Positions 11,508-20,786 of a stretch of DNA of 64,000 bases are shown here, one piece after another. The notes beneath the pieces were generated by a model. That model was not told where the DNA came from. It was given only the letters and a program-made list of their open reading frames with translations, and did not search any database. This DNA is from Naegleria gruberi. Taxonomy: Eukaryota. The stretch's first letter is position 1, and each line of letters opens with the position of its first letter. The DNA lies in NCBI GenBank assembly GCA_000004985.1, contig GG738867.1. One strand, given 5' to 3'. The position numbers and the translations under genes were made by a program.

Positions 11508-12434
11508 TTATTGCCCAATAAGGGATGGATAAATTGATCTTGGATAACCACCCTCATTAAAAACATTAATAACATATCTATTTCCGTTAATTTTAACATC
11601 AGAAAGATTCTTCTTTCCACTTGGTTGTAAACTCTCCAAATAGGCCAGTGTGGAAAGTGCCAATAGGCACTCTGGAGAAATACCAACAAAAAAGCTTCCA
11701 CAAGATTTGAATAATTGATTATCAGATTGACCATCTCCATCCACGTCTTCATCCTGTTTGAAACGAACACAGACATAATCAGGAGTTGACTCATTATCCA
11801 ATCTTCCAGCAAATGAAATCACATCTTGACCTGTATGATTATCAGTCGAATCATCCAACAAGTATTTGAACCAATAGTGATAACCACTCACTTTATCACC
11901 ATTCTTCTCACCTACAACAAGATGCTCAAATCCAGACAGGTCCTTATAGTTGTGTAAGTTATATTGTTTGAACCAAATTTCTCTCAATTTCACTTTCAAC
12001 TCTGTAGGTGTGGAAAGTTTCATATATTTCTGGCCCAGAATTCTCATACACTTGGTTTGAACAATACTTTCAAGAAATTGCTCAACTTCCTTTCTCTCCT
12101 CCTCAGTATTCACCTCGCGACTATGTTGATCAAGTGAATAATTATCAAATAATCTGGAAATTAATTTGTAATTCTTTGCCTGTTTGCTGTTAGATTGTAA
12201 AAATTCGGAATTCTTCACCTGAACATAGACATGCTTGGTGGCATCGTATTGGTACAATTTGAAGAGTGTAAAATTTGGATTGGATCTCTTACGATCCATT
12301 CCACACACAACACATATGTATTCTCCACCAATCGGACCTTGTGGTTTGATCTTGACTGGAGTGAGACGATTCTCATCCGCTTGCCAAATCTCATCCATTA
12401 ACGTTGCAGAGAATTGATAGGAGTGTGAAGACAT
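11508..12434 (-). CDS. EndoU / XendoU-family poly(U)-specific endoribonuclease, 308 aa
   Basis: GFEHLVVGEKNGDKVSGYHYWFKY matches the FEHVFVGE...G.HNW motif. SCGSFFVGISPECLLALSTLAYL matches SSFFIGTSPEFELALYT. The ATG is at 12434. Confidence 0.75.
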   Translation of the reverse strand: MSSHSYQFSATLMDEIWQADENRLTPVKIKPQGPIGGEYICVVCGMDRKRSNPNFTLFKLYQYDATKHVYVQVKNSEFLQSNSKQAKNYKLISRLFDNYSLDQHSREVNTEEERKEVEQFLESIVQTKCMRILGQKYMKLSTPTELKVKLREIWFKQYNLHNYKDLSGFEHLVVGEKNGDKVSGYHYWFKYLLDDSTDNHTGQDVISFAGRLDNESTPDYVCVRFKQDEDVDGDGQSDNQLFKSCGSFFVGISPECLLALSTLAYLESLQPSGKKNLSDVKINGNRYVINVFNEGGYPRSIYPSLIGQ

Positions 12435-12547
12435 TTTTTTCTTACTTGTTTGATGTGCTGATGTGGATGAATCATCAACGATTACAATAAAAGTTCATTC
12501 ATACTTCAGTTTACTTGAAAAAATAATTTATCACAATAAATTAACAC

Positions 12548-13848
12548 TTAATTGAGGGAAATCTTACTCTTAATTGCTACTTGATAGAGAATCTTTCTGT
12601 TATCGATATTATCTTCGTTGGAGAAGAGGGCATACTTCATCAAGACAGCATTTCTATAATTACAAACAATGAATGTTACAAATACTTGTTCTCCATGAAC
12701 AAATGCACGGCAACAGGTTTGAATGGCCTTGACATATCTGTGACTAGTTTGTTCTCCTCTCACATCTTCATTAAATGACAAGAGAGCATACTTGGTTCCT
12801 GATCCATTTTGAATAGTTTTCAAAAAATCATGATTGAGTTCATCAAATGCTGTATTTACATGTTCTGCATCTGTCTTCAAATAGGTAATGGAGAGTGAAT
12901 TCTTAGTGAGTGGATCAATAAATGACAAGAGCATATCTCTATTTCTTGCAACTTCAATACTATCTGAATGAAGAACAAAGGATGTAGGAATACTTGGTTC
13001 AAAGAATGGTATTTTCAAATCTAAATTACAGAATGAAACACTTGTATCATGCGCAGATGATAACAGAGTTCTAGATCTTGCAGTTCCACTAATTCTATGA
13101 GTAGTATCCCACTTGTATTCAATGTGAAGTACTCCTGATTTAACTCCTTGCAATTTCAATGTTTGTTTATATGATACATTGGCTGTTATTTCATCTGGAA
13201 CAATTTCAAATCTAACTCTTCCTAAAAAGTCCTACATTATTTTCACAAATCATTCAAATTCCAAATCAATGACAACATGAACATATTCTCACTTACATCC
13301 TTTGTAAATCTATTTCAATATTATAATAAATATTCAACCAAAATCATTGTTAGCAACCTACCTATCCCAATCAAACACTTCAAACAATAATTTAAAAGTA
13401 GCAACATCTTCCGAACAAATAGAAAATCTAAAAGTTGAATTCCAAACAGGATCCAAAGTAGCCATACATGTTTTAGTCTTTCTCATAATTCCACAATTAT
13501 CTGAAGCATCATCTTCAATCACCATACAATATCTATATTTTCATTATCATCATCAATACAATCATCATCATCATCATATACATAAATATATATAATAATT
13601 CATTCCGCCATCATCATCATCATCATGATTAATTTTTCATCACATACAAAATTCCGAACATTAAACTCAAACTCTACTTTATATATATAAACTTACGGAT
13701 CACTACAATATTCTCTGACTAGTAACACTATTATTTACATAAACCAAAAAACCTACGATTTTCCATTAATATCAGAACTCTCCAATTTTTCTGCCTTTTC
13801 CACGAGTAGTATAATTTGATCACCTGGTTGAAAAGATGATGTTGCCAT
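12548..13848 (-). CDS. C2 domain-containing protein, 5 exons including 6-nt and 13-nt microexons (13848..13757, 13702..13697, 13532..13362, 13309..13297, 13231..12548), approx 321 aa
   Basis: The spliced product reads MATSSFQPGDQIILLVEKAEKLESSDINGKS-DP-YCMVIEDDASDNCGIMRKTKTCMATLDPVWNSTFRFSICSEDVATFKLLFEVFDWDR-RFTKD-DFLGRVRFEIVPDE... This is a canonical C2 fold (GKSDPY, NPVWN, DWDR..KDDFLG). The donors are GTAGGT, GTAAGT, GTAGGT and GTAAGT. The introns are 54, 164, 52 and 65 nt. Phases close exactly, with 966 nt of CDS in total. Only the last exon appears in the ORF track, as 12548-13159 with a TTG start. Confidence 0.65.
13559..13627. repeat. (ATG/CAT)n microsatellite inside intron 2 of the C2 gene
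   Basis: The runs atcatcatcatcatcat and catcatcatcatcatcatg are visible at 13561-13577 and 13609-13627. Confidence 0.7.
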
Positions 13849-14044
13849 ATTTTTTTTTTCTTCTAATTTGAAAGTTCTGGGAACTTGAAGTACAGAATTG
13901 GAAATTAAAAAGGTTGCATGGAATGGTGGCATGTTCAAGGTGACATGTGGCACCCTCAATGATGGAATTCGAACAGGATTTTCAATAAGGTGCAATTGTG
14001 GAATGCGTTTTGGAGTATAGTGGAAGAATTTAAATTGAAAAAAA

Positions 14045-15145
14045 ATGAAACGAAACAAAACGAATTCAACCCGCAAACAGAAACTTCAACAACTGCAAGA
14101 GAATTATTATGGACAACATTTATTATTTATCACATCGGGGGATGTTTGGATAAACCATGTATTTCCTAGAATTGATTTATTAACCATTAGGTCTCTTTCG
14201 TTTGTTGATAAAACGTTTAGGCAATTTATATCGGAAAGTATTGATCAATATTTTTGGAAAATGAGATTACAATTATTTCCACAAGAAGTGGGAGGGAAAT
14301 TGAGCGATGGTGATCAGTACATTTCGAATTGTTTCTTTAAAAACTATTCGATTGAAAAAAAATTAGAAAATGAAACGTTTCAGAATTTTACATTCAAAGT
14401 TATGAGAAATTACTTGATGGAACAAAAAAAGAATCAAAGAATTTATGTTCAAAAATCAACATTAAGATTGGCAAAAAAGGTTTTGAAATCATTGCCCAAT
14501 ATGAAATTCACATTATTGGCAGATTCTGATAATTTCACTTTTGCTAAATTATTACTGACATGTTTATCTACGGGAGAATTCGTTTCAGATTCCTCTCAAT
14601 TAATCCAATATCTCTACAGAGATTCATTTAAAATTTTATCAGATTCGAAAGCTAAATCAGTGGAAATTCCATCTTTGGAGATTCGTTTGGATAGTTTGGA
14701 AAATAGTAATGAAGAATTAAAGGTCTCTCCTGTGGAATACACATTTGATGGGTCGTGCTTTGTGGTGCTTTTCAATAGATTGGATAGAGAAAATTTTACA
14801 TCTGCCACCAATAATGCATTGAGATATGTCAGAAATCATTCATTTAATGAAAAGCCAATTATTCTAATAGGATTTAATTGGTGCAGATTCTTTCTAAATT
14901 ATTCCTATATGAAAACACATTTCATGCACCAAAGAGTTTTGAAACATTCAAAAGATTTTGTGTCAAATGATGAAATTCTTTCATTTTGTCAAAAACATTC
15001 AAATGTCATTGGATACATTGATGCCAAGCCATCCAAAGAACGAGATATTTCAGATATTTTGATGAAACTTGTGTCATTGAGCATGCTCTCCAAAAGAATC
15101 AATTGTCTTTCAGATTTGGAAACTAGCTCATTATGTCTTTATTAA
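14045..15145 (+). CDS. Hypothetical protein with F-box-like N-terminus and a degenerate Ras-like GTPase-like C-terminal region, 366 aa
   Basis: A true ATG. The N-terminal region ITSGDVWINHVFPRIDLLTIRSLSFVDKTFRQFI is F-box-like. The C-terminal region FVVLFNRLDRENF...KPIILIGFNWCRFF resembles small-GTPase beta-strands but lacks NKxD. It is divergent from the C2 gene, with about 196 bp between the two ATGs. Confidence 0.45.
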   Translation: MKRNKTNSTRKQKLQQLQENYYGQHLLFITSGDVWINHVFPRIDLLTIRSLSFVDKTFRQFISESIDQYFWKMRLQLFPQEVGGKLSDGDQYISNCFFKNYSIEKKLENETFQNFTFKVMRNYLMEQKKNQRIYVQKSTLRLAKKVLKSLPNMKFTLLADSDNFTFAKLLLTCLSTGEFVSDSSQLIQYLYRDSFKILSDSKAKSVEIPSLEIRLDSLENSNEELKVSPVEYTFDGSCFVVLFNRLDRENFTSATNNALRYVRNHSFNEKPIILIGFNWCRFFLNYSYMKTHFMHQRVLKHSKDFVSNDEILSFCQKHSNVIGYIDAKPSKERDISDILMKLVSLSMLSKRINCLSDLETSSLCLY

Positions 15146-15262
15146 TCGATTTTTAAAAATAAAAATTGTTACTACTTCACTCACTTCAAAATTTCAAAAT
15201 GAGGAGTATCAACAATCGTAAGTTGAAATGGAGGGAAAATCCATAAAATATTATTTTGGTCA

Positions 15263-15362
15263 ATGGCCACACTTGAGCCTCAACTAGGCGTGCAGGTGGA
15301 TACCACGAGATGATCTCTTGTTTCAGATGGCATTTCGGCTGTTTACAAAACGCCAGTTTTTT
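15263..15362 (+). ncRNA. Candidate small structured ncRNA (Pol III-like): a GC-enriched block of about 100 nt ending in T6
   Basis: tggccacacttgagcctcaactaggcgtgcaggtggataccacgagatgatctcttgtttcagatggcatttcggctgtttacaaaacgccagTTTTTT is about 50% GC against a background of about 30%. It contains a hairpin gcctca/aggc. It lies in the intergenic region between two + genes. Its identity is unknown; it is not U6, 5S or a tRNA by eye. Confidence 0.2.
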
Positions 15363-15634
15363 AGTGGCTATAAGAGGATCCACTCTCGATTGAGTTGTCA
15401 GGCTTGAGAGGAGTATTGAAAAATCCTTCAAAAAAAAACAAATAACGCTCAACCTTGAAAATTTGATACTTGAAAAAAGCTGGTAACTGTTCTGCTCAAT
15501 CATTATCATTCAAGATATTCATACACAAAAACGCATCATCTCAGTTGAGAGAGTCTCTGGAATATTAATCATCAGAGAAGAAATATTTCATCTCAACATC
15601 ATCATCGCACCATCAAACAAGAAGCCTTTGAAAT

Positions 15635-17251
15635 ATGAGCAAACAAAATAATCATGAAGAGGATCTTCAACAACCTTCCTCTAATTCCTCTTCAATAGAG
15701 AATTCAATACAATCATCATCGCCACAACAACAACAACAAGTTGCTACTTCGAATATTGCCACTCTAACAATAGAAGTTCATGAAAATCCAAGTGAAACTC
15801 AAGAAATAACAATCCCTCCAACAACAACAACAACAATAACCACTACCGACACAAATAACAACATCAATAATACAATTGGAATGTCTCGAATTGGCTCTAT
15901 CAATGCCATCTCCACAATCAACACCAAACAACAACAACCAACATCCCCAACTACTAATATTGCCTCCCCCACAGTCGTCAAACCAATTGAAACAAAGGAA
16001 TGGCAAGTAGACTTTTCCAAATTCCCCATTGTTGATACCGATAGAATGAAGCAATCATCAAAGAAAAAGTTGAGAAAGAAGGTTTCCCAATTCTATGAAA
16101 AACAAAATGAGCTTGTTGAAGGATATGCTGAATTATATACCAATACAGTGACTAAGGAATTTCTGAAGGATTCCGATGAAGAAGGAGAGGAAGGTGATTC
16201 CTTTTTAAAAGATACCAGTGCTGATGATGAAAAGAGAGAAGCAGCTGAGGCCCTTGAGAGGAAGGAGAGTAGATATGCTTCATTTTGTATCCAAGCCAGT
16301 TTTTGGGTCAATGTCTTGCTCTTATTCTTGAAAGTTTCTGCCAGTTTGCTTTCCTTGTCCCTTTCTGTTATTACATCAACCATTGACTCGATTTTGGATT
16401 TGGTCTCTGGACTCATTCTCTTCTATACAAACCTTTTGAAGAAAAAGAAGAGTGATCTTCACTTGTATCCAGCTGGTAAGGAAAGATTGGAACCATTAGG
16501 TTTTATCATCTTTGCCACCTGTATGTCAACAGCCAGTTTACAAATTATTAAGGAAGGTGTTGTTGGTATCATTACAGGTCTAGTTACTGGCGACCCGTAT
16601 CTCCCAACAGATTCTCAAAACATTGTAGAATGGATTATGAAACCAGAGTTACTCAATGGAGAAATGGAATGGATGCTTGGTATCAAAATTCCTTCCACTT
16701 TCAAAATGGTATTTTACATTTATGGTCTTTTTGTATTGTTTATTGCTATTGTGTTGAAATCTGTCCTCTATGTTTTGTGTATCAGAGCTAAGGATTCTCC
16801 ATCATGTGAAGCTTATGCCTTCGATCACAGAAATGATGTATTGAGCAATACCTTTTTAATTATATCTCTCTTTGTTTCTCAGTGGGTTTGGTGGTTGGAT
16901 CCTTTTGGTGCTACTCTGTTATCCATTTATATTATTTATGGTTGGGTTGGTGAGTCGATGGAACATGTGACTAAATTAGTTGGTTTGACTGCCGAATCAG
17001 AGTTTATCAAAAAGTTGACCTTTATTGCTGTAAATCAGAGTGAAAAGATCATGAAGGTTGAAACTGTTACTGCCTGGTACAGTGGTATGAATATTATTGC
17101 TGAGATTCACGTTGTACTTCCACCTAACATGTCCCTTAGAGAAGCCCATAATATTGGTGAGGATTTGCAAATGAAGATAGAGTCTGTCCCAGAGGTGGAA
17201 CGATGTTTCGTACATTTGGATTTCAATGATAACCATAAAATAAGTAAATAA
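15635..17251 (+). CDS. Cation diffusion facilitator (Mn-CDF / MTP8-11-like) metal transporter with Q/T/N-rich N-terminal extension, 538 aa
   Basis: TM region SASLLSLSLSVITSTIDSILDLVSGLILFYT and HLYPAGKERLEPLGFIIFATCMSTASLQI match the CDF signature. The C-terminal cytoplasmic domain ...TVTAWYSG...EIHVVLPPNMSLREAHNIGEDLQMKIESVPEVERCFVHLDF is typical of CDFs. Confidence 0.8.
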   Translation: MSKQNNHEEDLQQPSSNSSSIENSIQSSSPQQQQQVATSNIATLTIEVHENPSETQEITIPPTTTTTITTTDTNNNINNTIGMSRIGSINAISTINTKQQQPTSPTTNIASPTVVKPIETKEWQVDFSKFPIVDTDRMKQSSKKKLRKKVSQFYEKQNELVEGYAELYTNTVTKEFLKDSDEEGEEGDSFLKDTSADDEKREAAEALERKESRYASFCIQASFWVNVLLLFLKVSASLLSLSLSVITSTIDSILDLVSGLILFYTNLLKKKKSDLHLYPAGKERLEPLGFIIFATCMSTASLQIIKEGVVGIITGLVTGDPYLPTDSQNIVEWIMKPELLNGEMEWMLGIKIPSTFKMVFYIYGLFVLFIAIVLKSVLYVLCIRAKDSPSCEAYAFDHRNDVLSNTFLIISLFVSQWVWWLDPFGATLLSIYIIYGWVGESMEHVTKLVGLTAESEFIKKLTFIAVNQSEKIMKVETVTAWYSGMNIIAEIHVVLPPNMSLREAHNIGEDLQMKIESVPEVERCFVHLDFNDNHKISK

Positions 17252-17397
17252 TTAGTTAATAAGAAGTGCTAAGCTTTTTGGAACGAAATGTTTTGGTTCT
17301 GATTTAAGTTGTTTCTCTAGCTGAAAGTGAAACTCTTCCACAACTTTCAAAAATTGTATCATTGTCAATGAAATAGTAGTAAAATTATGCTTTCTGT

Positions 17398-19815
17398 TTA
17401 AGTGTTATAATTTCCTCTTCCAACAATTTTATTTCTTTCCAATAGTTCTTTCACTTGTTTGTTTTTTTCAAATGTAATTTTATCCACTTCCTCAGCTAGT
17501 TGAGAGTAACTTTTCAATGGCATGATTTTCTTAAATTCTTCAATTTCATTGGTAATGTTCAATGTTAAATCTTTAATTTCACCTCGCAAGAATTTCAAAA
17601 TATTCTCAATTATTAAAAGGTGTAAATAACAATTCAATATTTTGGTTGAATCTCTTTGAATCATTGTAATGATACATCTGATCAATAGTTCATTAATTCC
17701 AACTTCTGGATCGATAGAATGATTGATCAGTTTTTCAATTGCATAATGTAATTTCATTTCTCCTTCAGTTGTTGTTATTACAGTATAGAAATACTTTCCA
17801 TATCCACTAAAGTATGGATAGCCATTATTGTACTTTGAAACATCTGGATCAGTTACAAATTTTTCATCCAGTTGTAATGGACAATTGGTCAGTAATTTCA
17901 AAAAAATACATCCCAAAGAGAAAATATCAGATGAAGTGGTTATTTGTCCAATATTGTGAGCTAATCTATCGTTATCACCATATTTAAACATGTTGTCAGT
18001 GTAATTGTCATGTGAAACCTCAGGAGACATGTAGGCATACTTTCCACGTGCAATTGTAATTGAGTGACCTATCTTAATAACTCTTGATGTTTCAAAATCA
18101 ATAATTTTAAAAGTATCTCCAATTTTAACAATATTTTGCGGATCTAAATCTCTGTGAGCAATATTATGATCATGAATTGACTTGACTGATCTCAATACTT
18201 TGGTGAATATTTCAAACAATTCTATTAATTTGTCCTTGGTTAAGAAGGTGTCTCGATAAATGTCATTATTTCTGTAAATATAATGTGACAATGATTCCTC
18301 TCCAAGCTCCATCACTGAATACAAATGATTTTGAATAACAGCACATTCAAAACACTTGATCTTTCCTTCAATATCTGTTCTTTTCAATAAATTAATTGTG
18401 TAGTTGGTAGCAGCTTCAGAACCCTCTGGATCATATTTGAATTTCATGGCTCGTAAAGATTTTGTTTTTTTGTGAAATACTTTGAAAACGACGCCTTCTG
18501 CTCCATATCCTAAAACTGAAATAAAGTCATATTCCATTTTGAAATGAATATAGTAATAATTGAGTGCTTTGAAAATTTTTGCTAAATCTCCTCGTAATTC
18601 ATTGTATTTACACAATATTTGTTTGTAATTCTCAAATGTTTGCTCACTTTCAAACCATTTAATGACAAAACTCATAATTTCCATAATTTCCTTTGTTGAA
18701 TAAAAAGAGGTTTTGAAATTACTTGAAACATTTTCCACAACATTCTTCAAATCCTTCATGTCTGTTGTTTGGGAAGGATTATCTTTAAGAAAATTATCCA
18801 ATCTGAAACAAAATAAATGAAAGTTAGCACTTTCTGAAATAGGAATATTGTTGGACAATTCTTCGTGGTTCATTTGTTTCAATATTTGGAAGGTGATTAA
18901 TTTTTCAACAAGTAGTGGTGAATAGGTTTTTTGGTTGAAATAATTAAATAGTGCGCTTTTGGATTTTGGATTAAATAGTGAACTTAACTCAATAGCAAAA
19001 TATAAATCCTTTTCTTCCAAATACTTTTTTGAGTATAGTTCAATAATATTTGTTGATAGCATTCTATGTAAATCAACACAATCCTCAATGCTTTTGGTAA
19101 TAGAAGGAGAGAATTCTTTTGCAATCTTGGTATTGTGTTTGAATAGGGAGAAAATGAAAGGAATATCTCCTTTAAATGAGTTATCAACATGTTCAAGTAC
19201 CAATCTATTTTGTTTAACAGCTTCCAATACTATTTCTCTATCTTTTTTAAATGATTCATCTGCACGTTGAAGTGCATTTCCATTTTGTTTAACAGCTTCC
19301 AATACAAATTCTCTATCCTTTTTAAAAGATTCGTCAACATATTCAAGTACCTTTCCATTTTGTTTAACAACATTCAAAACAAAATTTCTATCTTTTTTCA
19401 ATGATTGATCAGCAAAGTCAAACAAAAATTCATGCAACACAACAACTTGCAATAAAAATTGTCTATCTTTTTTCAATGATTCATCCGCATATTTAAGTAA
19501 CAGTCCATATTGAACTGCAGCATTCCAATCACTATCAGTTTCCTTTCCTTTAACAGCTTCCAATATTATCTCTCTATCTTTTCTAAGTGATTCATCAGCA
19601 CATTGAAGTGCCAATCCATTTTGTTTAACAGCTTCCAATACAATTTCTCTATCTTTTTTGAATGATTCATCTGCATATGTAAGTAACAATCCATTTTGTT
19701 TAACAATATTCAATACAAATTCTCTATCTTTTGTACGCTTCAAAACTCCCAATACGATATCTTGTAGTTGTTGTTCTTGTTGTTCTGTATTATTGTTATC
19801 ATTGCTAGCTATCAT
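17398..19815 (-). CDS. Atypical protein kinase with N-terminal tandem 25-aa DUF4116-like repeats, 805 aa
   Basis: The kinase core has a Gly loop LGYGAEGVVFK, LRAMKF (VAIK Lys), HRDLDPQN (HRD kept, Lys replaced by Asp), DFE in place of DFG, and YMSPE. The N-terminal repeats read YADESFKKDREIVLEAVKQNGLAL. Confidence 0.8.
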   Translation of the reverse strand: MIASNDNNNTEQQEQQLQDIVLGVLKRTKDREFVLNIVKQNGLLLTYADESFKKDREIVLEAVKQNGLALQCADESLRKDREIILEAVKGKETDSDWNAAVQYGLLLKYADESLKKDRQFLLQVVVLHEFLFDFADQSLKKDRNFVLNVVKQNGKVLEYVDESFKKDREFVLEAVKQNGNALQRADESFKKDREIVLEAVKQNRLVLEHVDNSFKGDIPFIFSLFKHNTKIAKEFSPSITKSIEDCVDLHRMLSTNIIELYSKKYLEEKDLYFAIELSSLFNPKSKSALFNYFNQKTYSPLLVEKLITFQILKQMNHEELSNNIPISESANFHLFCFRLDNFLKDNPSQTTDMKDLKNVVENVSSNFKTSFYSTKEIMEIMSFVIKWFESEQTFENYKQILCKYNELRGDLAKIFKALNYYYIHFKMEYDFISVLGYGAEGVVFKVFHKKTKSLRAMKFKYDPEGSEAATNYTINLLKRTDIEGKIKCFECAVIQNHLYSVMELGEESLSHYIYRNNDIYRDTFLTKDKLIELFEIFTKVLRSVKSIHDHNIAHRDLDPQNIVKIGDTFKIIDFETSRVIKIGHSITIARGKYAYMSPEVSHDNYTDNMFKYGDNDRLAHNIGQITTSSDIFSLGCIFLKLLTNCPLQLDEKFVTDPDVSKYNNGYPYFSGYGKYFYTVITTTEGEMKLHYAIEKLINHSIDPEVGINELLIRCIITMIQRDSTKILNCYLHLLIIENILKFLRGEIKDLTLNITNEIEEFKKIMPLKSYSQLAEEVDKITFEKNKQVKELLERNKIVGRGNYNT
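19170..19760 (-). repeat. Tandem 75-nt coding repeats (about 7 copies) encoding the DUF4116-like 25-aa units of the kinase
   Basis: Repeated tctatctttttt(c/a)aatgattcatc(a/t)gca...ttgtttaacagcttccaatac blocks appear on the + strand. The protein repeat is ADESLKKDREIVLEAVKQNGxALEY. Confidence 0.75.
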
Positions 19816-20786
19816 TGCGATTGCGATAATGGTACTTTAACGTTGTGGATTTTTTTTTAAGTAAAACGTGATTCTAAATTAATGTACTCATGAATGTCAA
19901 TAATTTTACAAAATGTACTCGTCATTCTTGGGCACGGAATTGTTGTGAATCAGGAAAAGTTGAATAGAGCTACAGCTTGTTCCAAATCCTATCTCATATA
20001 TAATTAAGGCAAATTTTAAAAATTGAAGCCAATAAATGAAGGAAAATTCCGAACAATGATATGGTTGCCCATCTTTCCATTTAGATCGACCAGTGATGAT
20101 TTTACTGAAAATTGACTTTCATTATCCTAGTTCCATCCTAGTTACAAATTTATATTAATCCAATAATTAAAAATTCCACGAATTATTTTGATGATGTTAA
20201 TATATTGTGATGGTTTCATTATTTGATGAATTGAAACCATGTTGAAAATCAACAAACTTCCGAATCATTGGTTTTCACTGCATGTTGATTCAGTTTTTGA
20301 TAGTGTAAACATCAAATAATTATAGTTAATAAGAAGTGGCGTTTAGACCTTAATAAGGGAAAATTTGTAAAACAGCTGATCCTGGCAAACTTCAATGTAT
20401 TCTGTTCCAAGTTTATTTGGCTCAAAGATGCTGTGTTTGAAATGAAATTACCATGAGTATTCAACAAACTGTAGGGGGTTTTCATGTATAAAATTCCCAG
20501 AGATATCACTCGACGCAAACTCAATTATAAATCAATTTTTAACGACAGTATCCAAATAGAAGTGGCTGCGCTTTGATATACATTAGCCATGGTTCCGATC
20601 TAAGGATCTGTCGAACTTTGGCTGTGGCTTGTGAAGAGTCAAAAGCAATTGTGGTGGTCAGATAGCCTTAATTGGTCAAATATTTGAATGAACTCCCCAC
20701 GCCCAAAACAACAGAACACAACAACACAAACGGCAATATCACAACAAAAACAATAAAAATAAGAAGAACCCCAAACACAATTTAAT

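Noticed and set aside
11504-11812. Minus-strand 102-aa ORF in an alternate frame inside the EndoU gene
   Set aside because: It is fully contained within the EndoU CDS in another frame and has no motifs.
13240-13300. Initial reading of GTAAGTGAG near 13291-13296 as a donor from an unrelated upstream exon
   Set aside because: It is real, but it belongs to the 13-nt microexon of the C2 gene. No open frame existed for a longer exon there.
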